A stretch of DNA of 63,378 nucleotides, counting the filler, from Malassezia furfur (taxonomy: Eukaryota): the NCBI GenBank assembly GCA_052055015.1. It is 16 parts of 16 records of this genome, joined end to end, with 100 filler letters (N's around TTAATTAATTAA, not from the genome) between each part and the next. Parts side by side here need not be neighbours in the genome. Positions count along the whole stretch, not along the records: positions 20,238 to 24,124 come from JBQJIT010000719.1; positions 24,225 to 28,110 come from JBQJIT010000720.1; positions 28,211 to 32,077 come from JBQJIT010000721.1; positions 32,178 to 36,044 come from JBQJIT010000722.1; 12 more parts are not named here. The stretch is one strand, 5' to 3'. Shown piece after piece: positions 21,926 through 34,851 of the stretch. The position numbers and the translations under genes are program-made. The stretch's first letter is position 1, and each line of letters opens with the position of its first letter. The notes under the pieces were generated by a model. The model was not told the DNA's origin, did not search any database, and worked only from the letters and a program-made list of their open reading frames with translations.

Positions 21926-23987
21926 ATGGTGAACCACAAAGCGAGCGTGACCGTTAGCGGCGCAGATGGTAGCTCGGAGCAGGTTCATCGTTGCTTCCTG
22001 ACGCCGGACAAGCTGCTGGAGCGGCCGGCGGAGGGCATCAACACCATGGTGGACCTCCTCGAGGCGTCGCGGAAGCGCAACGGCGCCAAGCGCATGATCG
22101 CTACGCGCGAGATTCTGGACGAGCTCACCGAGGAGAAGAAGGTCACCAAGAAGGTGGACGGCGAGGATGTCGAGGACACCAAGAAGTGGACGTACTACGT
22201 GCTGAGCGACTACACGTACATGACGCTCAACGAGATGTGCGACCTGATCAACAAGTTCAGCAACGGGTTGATGGCGCTCGGCCTGGACCACAAGACGCGC
22301 TTCAACATCTTTGCCTCGACGCACGTCAACTGGCAGGTGGTCGCGCAGTCGTGCTTCCGCTGCGGCATCACCTTCTGCACCGCCTATGACACGCTTGGCC
22401 CGAGCGGCCTGCAGGTCTCGCTCGAGGAGCCCGAGGTGGTCGGTGTGTTTACCAACGCGGCACAGCTGGGTGTGCTCGAGCAGGTGATCGACAAGACGCC
22501 GCTTGTGCGCGTCGTGATCTACGACGGCGAGGCGGACCCGGAGGTGCTCGACCGCCTCAAGCAGAAGATGCAGGGCCGCTCGCAGGTGCACCTGGTGCGC
22601 TTCGACGAGGTGCTCAAGCTCGGCGCCCGCAACGGTGCCCAGCGCCACAAGCCGCACGAGGTGAAGAAGGACGACGTGGCGTGCATCATGTACACGTCCG
22701 GCTCGACGGGTCCACCCAAGGGTGTGATTCTGACGCACGCCAACCTCGTCGCGACCGTCGCTGCGGTGGACCTGCTCCTGAGGGACTACCTGAGCGACGA
22801 CGACTCGGTGATGGCATACCTGCCGCTCGCGCACATCCTCGAGTTTGTCGTGGAGTGCTTCATGCTCTACCGCGGCCTCGCGCTCGGCTACGGCCGCGTC
22901 AAGACGCTCACGTCGGCGAGCGTGCGCAACTCGAAGAGCGACCTGATGGCCTTCCGCCCGACGCTGCTCGTCGGTGTGCCGGCCGTCTGGGAGCTGATCC
23001 GCAAGGGCATCTTGACCAAGGTGCAGTCGTCCAGCGCGGCCAAGCGCAAGCTGTTCGGCATGAGCCTCTGGTCGAAGCGGAATCATGTCCCCGGCCTGTC
23101 GCAGCTCGCCGACGCCGTCGTGTTCCGCGCTGTGCGCGAACAGACCGGCGGGCGCCTGCGTCTCGCGCTGTCGGGCGGTGCGCCCATCTCGCGGGCTACG
23201 CACGAGTTCCTGCGCCTCTCGCTCGTTAACATCATCCAGGGCTACGGTATGACCGAGTCTTCTGCGTACGTACCCACTTCCCCACTGACCCAGCATGTGT
23301 GCCATCCTCACGCCCGCGTTCTTCAAGTACGGCTGCGTCGGCGTGCCGATGCCCTCGGTCGAGATCAAGCTGCGCGACGTGCCCGACGCTCGTTACTTCT
23401 CGACCAACGACCCGCCGCAGGGCGAGGTGCTGATCCGCGGCCCGTCCGTCACGCACGGGTACTTCAAGCGCCCGGAGATCACCGCCGAGACGTTCACCGA
23501 AGACGGCTGGCTGTGCACGGGTGACGTCGGACAGTGGAACGAGGACGGGACGCTGTCGCTCATCGACCGCAAGAAAAACCTCGTCAAGCTGCAGGGCGGC
23601 GAGTACATTGCGCTCGAGCGCCTCGAGTCCGCGTATAAGTCGTGCAACATCGTGACGAACTTGTGCCTCGTCGCCTCCTCGGACGCCAAGCAGCCCATGG
23701 CCGTCGTCTTCCCGCGCGAGGACGCGCTGCGCTCCGAGCTCGCCGCGAACGGTCTCGGCAAGTACGAGCATGAGGAGCTCGAGACGCTGTGCCACAACAA
23801 GGAGGTGATCAACTTTGTGCTCAAGGACCTCAACAGCGTCGGCAAGTCGAACCAGTTCGCCCCGATGGAGATGCTCCAGAGCATCGTCCTCGTCCCTGAG
23901 GAGCTGCCCCTGACCGCCGCGCAAAAGGTGCAGCGCAAGGAGGTCGAGAGCAAGTACGGCGATGCCATCAAGAAGGTGTACCCGTGA
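21926..23987 (+). CDS. FAA1: Long-chain fatty acyl-CoA synthetase; intron 23266-23293 (28 nt)
   Basis: CIMYTSGSTGPPKGV, YLPLAHILE, QGYGMTES, GWLCTGDVG, IDRKKNLVKLQGGEYIALERLE. Confidence 0.93.
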
Positions 23988-24224
23988 GTGCGCCCCCCCC
24001 GCCCCACATTCTACGTAGATATGTTTATGGCCTTTCTATTTTTCCGAACGCCGCCGCGCCGACCGCGGCGTCCCAGGCGTCGCGCCTCCTCCGGTGCGCA
24101 GCCGCCGCGTGGTGCGCGCGCGCGNNNNNNNNNNNNNNNNNNNNNNNNNNNNNNNNNNNNNNNNNNNNTTAATTAATTAANNNNNNNNNNNNNNNNNNNN
24201 NNNNNNNNNNNNNNNNNNNNNNNN

Positions 24225-25479
<1,255 letters not shown>

Positions 25480-25510
25480 CGTCGTCGAAGCCAACTGACA
25501 AAGCCTCCAC

Positions 25511-26749
25511 ATGACCATCCCCCGCCGGCTCCTGGGTGCGTCGCTGGCCTGGCGGGTGGTGTGTGTGTCGCTGCTGCTCGTAGCGGCGCACGCACAACAG
25601 GCCTTCGATACGTCTGGCGAGCTCGTTCAGTATACGTTTGCGCAGCATGTAGACGAAGCCGCGTGGAATACGTGGGCCGTGCCGTTCGTGCGCTGGGATA
25701 CGGTCTACTTTGTCGCTGCCGCCGCGCACGGGTACACGTACGAGCAGATGCTCGCGTTCCAGCCCGGGATTGTCGCCGTGCTGCGTGCCGCGGGGCACGC
25801 CGGCGCTTCGGGTGCATGGAGCGCGACGCGCGCCGTCGTCGTTGGCACCCTCGCGGCGAACGCTGCGTCGACGCTCGCGCCGCTCCTCCTCTTCTGGGTC
25901 GTGCGACGTTGGACGACGGAGCGCGTGGCCGAGTCGGCGGCGATGCTCTCGATCCTTGCGCCGGCCAGCACCTCGGCGCTGTCGGCGCCGACACCCGAGC
26001 CGTTCTTTGCGCTGTTTTCGCTGCTTGGCTTCCTGGCGCTCGGCCCGGCGCCAAATGCGTACGCGCGCCGCGCGCTGGCCGCCGCGCTGTTCGCGGTCGC
26101 GACATGCTTCCGCGCGAACGGCGTGCTGCTCGCGGGCTACCTCGTGTGGGACGCGGCGTGGGCGACGCGGCCGCCGAGCGCACGTGTGTGGGTGGGTAGG
26201 ATCGTGGGTGTGCTGCCGCTCGTGGCGCTGTGTGTGCTGCCCTGGGCGCTCTTCCAGGCGTGGGCGTATGCGCGGCTGTGCACGAGCGGCACGATCTCGC
26301 CGTGGTGCACGGCGCGTGTGCCGCTGGCATACAGCTACGTGCAGTCGACGTACTGGGACGTGGGTCTGTTTCGGTACTGGACCGTGGCGCAGGTGCCCAA
26401 CTTTGTGCTGGCGGCGCCTGTGCTGGCGGCCGGTGCGGCGGGCGTGAGCGCGTACGTGGCGCGCGTCGGGCCCGGCGCGCTCGCGCGTGCGGTGCTCGTG
26501 CCGTGGCGGCGCACCGAGGTGGTAGGCCTTGCGCTGCTTCCGTACGCACTGCACACCGCCGCGCTGCTTGCGCTGCTCCTGTTTGCGAGCCACGTCCAGA
26601 TCGCGCTGCGGCTGTGCACGCCCGGAGGCATGCCGTTTGTGTGGTATACGGCGGCGGCGGTGTGTCCGCCGCGCGCGGCGCTGCGCTACCTGTGCCTCTA
26701 TGGCGCGGTCGCTGGCGTGCTGTATGCCGGGTTTTACCCCCCCGCGTAA
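25511..26749 (+). CDS. GPI18: GPI mannosyltransferase II (PIG-V)
   Basis: FDTS, RWDTVYF, GYTYEQMLAFQPG, FRANG, YSYVQSTYWDVGLFRYWT...PNF, HVQIALR, FYPPA*. Confidence 0.92.
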   Translation: MTIPRRLLGASLAWRVVCVSLLLVAAHAQQAFDTSGELVQYTFAQHVDEAAWNTWAVPFVRWDTVYFVAAAAHGYTYEQMLAFQPGIVAVLRAAGHAGASGAWSATRAVVVGTLAANAASTLAPLLLFWVVRRWTTERVAESAAMLSILAPASTSALSAPTPEPFFALFSLLGFLALGPAPNAYARRALAAALFAVATCFRANGVLLAGYLVWDAAWATRPPSARVWVGRIVGVLPLVALCVLPWALFQAWAYARLCTSGTISPWCTARVPLAYSYVQSTYWDVGLFRYWTVAQVPNFVLAAPVLAAGAAGVSAYVARVGPGALARAVLVPWRRTEVVGLALLPYALHTAALLALLLFASHVQIALRLCTPGGMPFVWYTAAAVCPPRAALRYLCLYGAVAGVLYAGFYPPA

Positions 26750-26755
26750 TGTACA

Positions 26756-27568
26756 TTAGGTAGTCGGAGCCATCTCGATGCTCTCGGCGTCGCCCGGCTC
26801 GAGCGTGGGCTCGCGGAAGCCGACGCGCATCTCGCGCTGGATCGCCATGCGCTCAGCGAACAGGATGCACAGACTGGCGTGCACAAACATCACCGTCCAC
26901 CAGTACAGCGACACGGGCAGGGCGCCGGCGACGTACGAGGTCACGATGAGGTGCAGCAGGTGCATGGTGCACACAAAGTCGAGGACGTGGGTTGGCTTGC
27001 GCACGAGGTAGTACAGCACCTGCACGTCGAAAAACACGGTCAGTGCCCACGCAGCGGTGATGGCCCAGCCGCGGCGGCTGTCGTGGGTATGCTGCCACTC
27101 CCACTGCTCGAGCTGCAGCTCTTGCAGCGACACGGCGCTCGTCGCCGGCACCGTGAGCACGCTGTTCTGTGCCGGCCCCGCGTCCGACTCGTTCCACACG
27201 TACGCGGCGGGCGGCAGTGTCCGCACGGTGCCCTGGTCGCTGAGCCAGAGCGTGCCGGCGGTCCAGTTGGCGACGGCCGCGCTCTCCTGGGGCGTGAACG
27301 CGGCAGGCTTCGTCGTGTTCGTGGGCGTCTTGGCCCAGTCCCATGTCGGCTGGCTCGCGAGCTCGCGCCAGTCGATGAGCATGCCGACCTGGGCCGGGCC
27401 GCCTTCGAAGCGCAGGGCGGCGCTCGCGGTGAAGATGGAGAGCAGGGGTGGGACAAACGCGGCGAGCAGGATGTAGTGGATGCACTGGATCGCGCAGATC
27501 TGTGCGACGATCCGCAGCGGGTCCCACCCGTGCAGCGTCGACGAGAGCCGCAGCTCGGCGAGTTTCAT
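26756..27568 (-). CDS. SYS1: Golgi membrane protein Sys1
   Basis: WDPLRIVAQICAIQCIHY, LVRKPTHVLDFVCTMHLLHL, LPVSLYWW, ERMAIQREM. Has a long inserted loop after TM1. Confidence 0.85.
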   Translation of the reverse strand: MKLAELRLSSTLHGWDPLRIVAQICAIQCIHYILLAAFVPPLLSIFTASAALRFEGGPAQVGMLIDWRELASQPTWDWAKTPTNTTKPAAFTPQESAAVANWTAGTLWLSDQGTVRTLPPAAYVWNESDAGPAQNSVLTVPATSAVSLQELQLEQWEWQHTHDSRRGWAITAAWALTVFFDVQVLYYLVRKPTHVLDFVCTMHLLHLIVTSYVAGALPVSLYWWTVMFVHASLCILFAERMAIQREMRVGFREPTLEPGDAESIEMAPTT

Positions 27569-27595
27569 CGTCGTGGCCAGCAACCTCCACCTGCG

Positions 27596-28078
27596 ATGCT
27601 TCGCGCGCTGACGATCCAGAACCGGCAGGGGAAGGTGCGCCTTGCCAAGTTCTACGCGGCGTACACGCCTGCCGAGCAGGCGCGCCTGCTCGCCGACGTG
27701 CACCGGCTGGTCGTGCCGCGCGACCAGCGTGCGCAGAGCAACTTTGTCGAGGTACGCTGCGCCCTTCTCACCCGCCCAGTACCACGACCACACCCTTGTG
27801 TACCGCCGGTACGCGGGCCTGTACTTCTGCGCGTGCATCGACGCAGAGGACAACGAGCTGGCGTACCTCGAGGCGATCCACCTGTTTGTCGAAATCCTCG
27901 ACGCGTACTTTGAGAATGTGTGCGAGCTGGATCTCGTGTTCTACTTCTACCAGGTGCGCGCGGTGCTCGACGAGGTGTTCCTCGCGGGCGAGATCCAGGA
28001 GACGAGCAAGTCGGACGTGCTTGCGCGCCTCGAACAGTGTACGTCGCAAACGCTCATGCAGTGGGGCGGCTCGGCTAG
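27596..28078 (+). CDS. APS2: AP-2 adaptor complex sigma subunit; introns 27752-27779 (28 nt) and 28039-28061 (23 nt)
   Basis: IQNRQGKVRLAKFY, SNFVE/YHDHTLVYRRYAGLYF, DNELAYLEAIHLFVEILD.YFENVCELDLVF, LAGEIQETSK. Confidence 0.93.
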
Positions 28079-28210
28079 CTACGGGCAGACGCCTGGCGCG
28101 CACGGAACGANNNNNNNNNNNNNNNNNNNNNNNNNNNNNNNNNNNNNNNNNNNNTTAATTAATTAANNNNNNNNNNNNNNNNNNNNNNNNNNNNNNNNNN
28201 NNNNNNNNNN

Positions 28211-30944
28211 GCGCGGCAGGCGCGGCAGGCGCGGCAGGCGCTGCGGGCGGCGGCGTTTGTGTTTTGGGTTTGATCAGCTCGGGCTTGTGCGAGTCGATCT
28301 TGGCGGTGCGGAAACGCGGCGCATGCGTCGGCTCCGGACTCATTTTGGCCTCGGCGGTCGGCGCCGGAGCCGGGGCCAGGGCGTCGGGAACAGGCGACAG
28401 CGGCGCGGGTGGCGACGTCGGCAGGGGAACCTTCTCAGGCACGCCGTTGGGCGCAGCACTTGGCTGCGTCGTCGGCGCCGCATCGGGAGGCGCTGCTGTC
28501 GCTGGGGCTGCTGCCGGCGACGGCACTGGGTCGGTCGACGACTCGGTTGGCTCCTCGGGCACGCTCGATCCCTCTTGTAGGCTTGCATGCGCCGAAAAGT
28601 TGCGTGAGGTGCGTGCCGCGCGCTCGGCACCTTGTGTCGGACGATACGACAACGAGACGTGCCGGCGCAGCGGCGAGCGGGCGCCATGCAGCTGCTCGTA
28701 CTGCGCGGCACGGCGGCGAAGGCCGTCGGAAGGCACGTCGGTGCTCTGTAGCGAGCTGCGCGAGATGCGCTGGTCCACGAGACTCGCGCGACGGCGAATA
28801 GGCACATTGCGGAAGGGGCTAAGCGCCTTCATGTCGGACTCCTTCGCCTTGGCGTGCATGAGCGGCGGGAAAAGCTCCTCGTAGTGCTCGACAAAGTCCT
28901 TGACCAGCAGCGTGGGGTACTTGGCGTACACCGTACTTGGCCGATCAACACTCGGGCGCAGGATGGAGCGCCCGAGTGACAGGCCGAGCTTGGCCGTGTA
29001 GATGTGCGGGTCGTCGTCCGTAGGCGTGTCTTTGATGAGCTTGTACAGATGGGCAATCCATGCGTCCAGACACGCGAGATGCAGCTTGGGCAGGCGCGCT
29101 AGCACGCCGTGCAGCCCCTGGACAATCGGCGTGGCGATCAGCGCGGGGTCCACGTCTGGCTGTGCGCGCTGTGCCTCGAACCGGATGTCAGCCGCGTCGT
29201 AGATCTCGGCAATCTCGTCCCAGAAGCTGTACGGGAGCAAGGGCGTGTCGAGCTCGAGCGCCCACAGCTTCACGGTGGCCGCCAGCACGGGCGCATCAAC
29301 GGTGTCGAGCAGCTTATCGACGCCCAGCTCGCTCTGTGCACTCTGCGCGCTTGCGTGTGCAATGAGCCGCGCGCGCAGGGCGTGCGTCACATGCAGCGGC
29401 ACGTCGTACAGCCAGATGCGCCGCTGTTCGGCGTGGACGACGGCTGCCGGCGCATCCACCGCACCCGACGGAATCCACCGCGCACGGTCTGCGTACGAGC
29501 GCTGCAATGCCGAGAGCAGCGCGTGTAGCACAGGCGGCAGCGTGGGCATTGCGAGCACGCTACCCGGCTGGCCCGTGCGCAGTTGCGACTCTTGCGCAGC
29601 AAGCGCCGCGCCTTTGGCCGTCGACACGAGGTCCATTCCGAAGCCGGCGCGCGCGACGCCTGCGACGGCGTTCAGGTCGTCGTGGTAGTACGGGTGGAAG
29701 ACGACGGGCGCGGGGCGGAAGGGGCCCGTCTTGTACTCCTGCATGAGGAACTGCACATGCGTGGTCGGCTGCAGCCGTGCGGCGAGCAGCGCCGTACGCT
29801 CCATCGACGCCTTGCCGTCCTCTTCCTCGGGGGCCATCGCGCGGTTGTATGCGTGCACAACGCGCTGCAGAGCCGTCACACGGTCACTTTCCCAGCGTTG
29901 CAAGTTTTGGTACTGATGAAAGAGTACCTGCTCTGCGCGACACCGCAGTGCATCCAGTTGCGCAACGGCCTCCTGGTACAGTTGCTCAGCGACCTCCGCT
30001 TCGCGGCGCAGACGGACGTGCCGCGGGTCGGCCAGTCCGCTTACCGCTGCACGCACCTGTGCCAGCGTCGAAGACTCGCCCATCTTGCCGACCGCGCGCG
30101 TAAGGTAGGTCGACAGCCGGCTCGACGAGCGCTGCAGGCCGGGCGCTGCCGACGCAGCGTCGGGTTCAGCAGGCGCTGCAGACTTTTCGCTGGCTTCGTC
30201 AGCGCGGCGCTGCTTGAAGCCAAATTGCTGCCGCAGCGTCTCGCGGCGCTGTAGGCGCTGGGGATCGAGCGGCGCTTCGCTTTCCGCCTCACCCTCATCC
30301 TTGCGTGGGCTTAGCGACAGGCGGCGCGTGCTGCTCGCTACGTCGTCCACGGCGCGTGGCGGCGTCGCATTGGTGTGCGCACCCGGAGCAAACCGCGCAT
30401 CGTCTTCGGCCTCGTCTGCGAGACGGCACTTGGTTTCGTACGCCGTGCGCAGCCGCGCAACTTCCGAGTCCTGCTTCTCCATCGCGCTGAGCGCCTCATC
30501 CACCTTATCATAGCTCTCCTGCACACGCTCGGCATGCGCAGTGACCCACTCGGAAAAAGGAAGGACGATTGTCGCTTCCATCTGCTTTGCGGCGCGCAGA
30601 CGGCTGTCCGCCTGGCTCGTCGCAAATTCGCTCACGAGCAGGCGCAGCGCACGGGCGGACGGCGTGGCATTGCTTTGAATGCCACCGCGCGCACTCGACG
30701 ATGCACCGCTAAAGAGCGGCTCGGATGTGCGCACCGGGTCGGGGACGTGGCCGAGCAAGCGTGCCGCCTCGCGTTCAACCTCGGCACGGTGCTTGAACAG
30801 CGCCAGCACCTCGTCGTTCTCGTCGAGTCCGTCCTGGATGTGCGTGTACAGCACCGTTGCACCTGTGCGGTAGTCCGGATACGTCCAGAACGATGACGCA
30901 AACGTCGGGTGGTACCCGATCTCGAGCTGCGCTGGCGAGGTCAT
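28211..30944 (-). CDS. RGD2: F-BAR plus RhoGAP protein of the Rgd2/Rga8 family; 3' truncated
   Basis: FASSFWTYPDYRTG (FCH start), YKTGPFRP...FGMDL, RRIWLYDVPL, VKLWALELDTPL. Confidence 0.8.
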
Positions 30945-31063
30945 CGCTCCGTCTCCGTGCACGCACGGCAAGACACGATGCACCGCCTGTGCGCACCCCA
31001 GCCGCCCTCCACGCGACACCCGCCACGTGGTTTTCGTCCGACTGCTTCGCGCCCGCCGCTGCG

Positions 31064-31719
31064 ATGCCGAGCGGAACACCGAGCGCGTCGGTGTATGTGA
31101 AGAACATCAACACCAAAGTGAAGAAGGAGGGTGCGTGCACATTACTTACACAGAACTCCGCGCTCAGCTCTACGATTTGTTTGGCAGCTATGGCAAAGTG
31201 CTGGACGTCGTCGCGACGCGTGCGCCCGGCATGCGTGGACAGGCGTTTGTTGTGTTTCGCGACATGCAGAGCGCGACATCGGCGCTGCGCGGCCTGGATG
31301 GGTTTGAGTTCTACGACAAGCCTCTTGTGCGTGCGCATCGACTGACTCAGGTGATCGAGTATGCCCGCAAGAAATCCTACGCATCGCTCGTGCAGGAACA
31401 CGGCCAAGAGGCGCTGCTCAACCCCGGCCTGCTGAGCCGGATCAGCGAGGGCACTTTGCCGCCAACGACCAAGGTCACCTACTCGCACGCGCAGGCAGAT
31501 GCCGAGGGGCAGGACAAGAAGCGCGCGCGCGAAGAAGTGGTCAATGGTGCGGCGCCCGTCGCGGAAGAGGTACGGCCGGCCAAGACGCAGCGCACCGAGT
31601 CGGAGGCAAAGCAGGCCAACAACGGCAAGGAGGACGAGGAGGACGAGGAGGACGATGGTAGGTCATGCGTCATGCAACTAACAACAGCCATGGAAATGGC
31701 CGACTCGGACGACGATTAG
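31064..31719 (+). CDS. U1A/U2B''-family snRNP RRM protein; introns 31131-31153, 31327-31350, 31658-31687
   Basis: VYVKNINTKVKKE/ELRAQLYDLFGSYGKVLDVVA...MRGQAFVVF...ALRGLDGFEFYDKP...YA. Single RRM followed by an acidic tail. Confidence 0.88.
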
Positions 31720-32491
31720 CTCGGATACCCATAGACCACAGAGCTACGATCGTGTGCGAAGTTGTGCAAGATTTTGGGGAGCAAGTACCACACCAGGGTG
31801 CTGCGTATAGGCCGTGTAGAGCTGGTGTACACCACGGCGTCGTACACAGTAAGACTGGGGCACGTTGGCCGGCGAAGCGGCAGGGTGCGGCAACCCGCAA
31901 ACCAGCCTGCGTGTCGTGGCACTACCCATGGTTTGCGTCGCACTGTACGGTTCGTGCCGATGGCCACGCTGTAGGGCTTTCTCTCATGAGCGTAGCAACA
32001 GGGCCTTGTGCAACTCCCCTCTTCGCTCGGCCCACGTAGACGCAATGACTATGCATTTTTGATATCAGGTATTCACTNNNNNNNNNNNNNNNNNNNNNNN
32101 NNNNNNNNNNNNNNNNNNNNNTTAATTAATTAANNNNNNNNNNNNNNNNNNNNNNNNNNNNNNNNNNNNNNNNNNNNCAGGCGGTGGAGGGGTGCTAGAC
32201 CAGGGGCTGTTGGGCCGGGGGCTTGGCGGGCTAAGGGACTGCTCAGCCTGCGCAGCCTTCGGTGCCTGTGGGGCCTACGGAGCCTACGGGGAGGGGCCGG
32301 CGCTCGCGGCTGCTTCGAGTGGAGGCGGCCCAGAGCCGCTGAGAAGCAGAGGGTGGAGGCGGCCAGAGCCGCAAAGGTAAAAGAGGGGTGGCCCAAGTGG
32401 GAATCATACATACATCATCCTACGGAGCGCCGGTGCCACACAATCGGCACGGCGCGAGAGCAAGCACGCACACGGCACACACGCACACCGC

Positions 32492-34741
32492 TTACAGGTG
32501 CGCGGGCAGCGCGACGCCGGGCGCGGGTGCGGACTGCTCCACGCCCAGCTCCTGTGCAATGTTGCGTGCCACCCCCCGAGCGGTGCCCATGATCGTGAGC
32601 ATCGGGTTGACGCCGGGCGCCTCGGGCAGCGCGGAGCCGTCGGCGACCCAGAGGTTGCGAGTGCCACGCACGTGCCCCAGCGGGTCGGCGGCGCTGTGCT
32701 TGGCGTCGCCGCCCATGCGGCACGAGCCCATCTGGTGCGCGGAGCCGAGGAGCGCGTGGATGGAGGCGAAGCCCTCCTTGGCGACCTCGTCCTGCCACTG
32801 GCGGAAGCCGGGGTGCATAATGTCGCCCTGCGGCGGCATCGTCTCGAACGGGTAGCATCCCGCGATCACGTTCGACGTCTTTTCGGGCGCGGGCGCAGGC
32901 GTGGGCGTGACGAACGAGCGCACCTTGGGCTGGCTCGTGGCGATCTCGACGGCGCCTGCGTTCATGTGGATCTCGGTGGCGCGCAGGACGCCGGCGATCA
33001 TGCTGCGCTCGTCGTACTTGCTGAGCTGGTACTCGATCTCGGGCTCGCCGTGCGCGTTGAGCGTGATGCGCCCGCCGTAGCGGTCGCGCACGATGATGAT
33101 CATCGTGAACGAGTGGCGGTAGCGCATCGCGCGCTCCTTGTGCGCGAGGCCGGACTCGAACGGCGTCACGGCGTTGTACAGGCCCGGGAGCGAGGCGATC
33201 ACCTCGACCTTGGCGCCCCACCCCTGCGTGTCGACGAGCTCGGCGGCGTTCGAGACGGTGGTGAGCGCACTGCCCTCCCACGGGTTGACCGGGAAGTCGT
33301 AGTAGCCGTGCACGAACGCGACGGGGTGCAGGAACAGGTTGCGCCCGATCTGCCGATTCACCTTGAGCTCGGGCGTGCGCAGGAGCACCGCGGGCGTGTT
33401 GAGGCTGCCCGCGCTCATCACGACGGCCTTTTTCGCGTGGAAGCGCACGGGCCGCCCGTCGATGCGCGCCACGACGCCCGTCGCGCGCCCGCGGTCGATC
33501 ACCACGCGCTCCACGTCGTAGTGCGTCGCGAACTGCGCGCCGTGCTCGGCGGCGTCGCGCAGCCACGTCTGCACGCTGCCCTGCTTGTGCCCCGACGGGC
33601 AGCCGACGGCGCACTTGCCGCAGTAGTGCGTGTGGCCGCCCGTGTTCTGCGGCACGGCGTTCACGGGCTGCCCGCCGCGCAGCCCGCCGATGACGAGCAG
33701 CGAGTTGGCGCGGTTGTGCTGGATGTGCTCGGCGCTGGCGCCCATGCGCTCAATGCACGCGTCCAGGTCGTTGGTGAAGAGGTTCGTCGCAAAGTACGGC
33801 ACGCCGTACTGCGTCGCCCACGCGCGGCGCACAAAGTGGCGCGGCTTGAGCGTCGCGGACCAGTTGATTGTCGTGCCGCCGCCGAAGCCGGCGCCGGCGA
33901 GCACAAAGATGGAGCCGTCGGTGCTCGGCACGAGGCCGAGGCGCTCGTGCATCTGCTCCATGCCGAAGCGCTCGATGCCGTGCATCTCGGTCGTCGGCAC
34001 GTAGATGCCCTTGTCGATCACCGTCACGCGCAGGCCGCGCTGCGCCAGGTAGCTCGCCGCGACGCCGCCGCCGCTCCCGGAGCCGACGATGAGCACGTCC
34101 GTCTCGTGCTCGAGCACCGAGCCGTCCGGCCCGGGCTGCAGCGTGCGGTTCAGGAAGGTGTACGGGTACGGCTCATCCGCCGGCTCCTGCTTGCCGTCCG
34201 GCGGGTTCATCCAGTCCTCGGCGCCGGTGGGGTAGCCGATCGCCTCGAGCGCCGCGTCGCTGCCGCGGTAGAAGGTGACGATGATCAGCCCCTTGAGCCC
34301 GGAGCCGCCCTGGCGCAGCAGCTTCAGCCGCGACGCCTGCCAGCCGACGAGCGCCGCCTCGCGCTCCTTGCGCGGGATGTCCCACACGGGGCCCACGCGG
34401 CCGAACAGCGGCACACACCCGAGCCGCGTGGTCATCAGGTAGAGCAGCAGGTTCAGGCGCCGCTGCACGCCCGTCGGCACCGCGATCGTGACCATCATCG
34501 CGAGCCAGTTGGCCATCTCCGGGTCGTCGGAGAACTTCAGCGACGCATACCGCTCCGCGCGCTCGCGCTGCGCCGCGTCGATCGTCGGCGGGAGGCTCGC
34601 CATAAACTTGGCGTGCTCCTCGGGCGTGAGCGACGCAATCACTGCGTCGCCCATCGCGTTCACCGCGCGTTTCTGCGCATCGCTCCAGATTGCACTCGCA
34701 TAGTCGCGGTGGATGTCTACACTGAGGTCGGTCTCCCCCAT
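32492..34741 (-). CDS. FAO1: Long-chain fatty alcohol oxidase (GMC oxidoreductase), C-terminal PTS1-like AHL
   Basis: DVLIVGSGSGGGV, GGGTTINWSA, HYCGKCAVGC...KQ, IGRNLFLHP, SAHQMGSCRMG, VADGSALP...GVNPMLT. Confidence 0.9.
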   Translation of the reverse strand: MGETDLSVDIHRDYASAIWSDAQKRAVNAMGDAVIASLTPEEHAKFMASLPPTIDAAQRERAERYASLKFSDDPEMANWLAMMVTIAVPTGVQRRLNLLLYLMTTRLGCVPLFGRVGPVWDIPRKEREAALVGWQASRLKLLRQGGSGLKGLIIVTFYRGSDAALEAIGYPTGAEDWMNPPDGKQEPADEPYPYTFLNRTLQPGPDGSVLEHETDVLIVGSGSGGGVAASYLAQRGLRVTVIDKGIYVPTTEMHGIERFGMEQMHERLGLVPSTDGSIFVLAGAGFGGGTTINWSATLKPRHFVRRAWATQYGVPYFATNLFTNDLDACIERMGASAEHIQHNRANSLLVIGGLRGGQPVNAVPQNTGGHTHYCGKCAVGCPSGHKQGSVQTWLRDAAEHGAQFATHYDVERVVIDRGRATGVVARIDGRPVRFHAKKAVVMSAGSLNTPAVLLRTPELKVNRQIGRNLFLHPVAFVHGYYDFPVNPWEGSALTTVSNAAELVDTQGWGAKVEVIASLPGLYNAVTPFESGLAHKERAMRYRHSFTMIIIVRDRYGGRITLNAHGEPEIEYQLSKYDERSMIAGVLRATEIHMNAGAVEIATSQPKVRSFVTPTPAPAPEKTSNVIAGCYPFETMPPQGDIMHPGFRQWQDEVAKEGFASIHALLGSAHQMGSCRMGGDAKHSAADPLGHVRGTRNLWVADGSALPEAPGVNPMLTIMGTARGVARNIAQELGVEQSAPAPGVALPAHL

Positions 34742-34851
34742 GGCCGTTCTACCGAAGCGCCCCCTGCGCTCGCCTGGCTCGGCGCGCTTATCCCCGCGCC
34801 TGCACCCCACACTCTGGGCAGCCGGCGCCGCCGTTGTCACGTGCCATCCGC

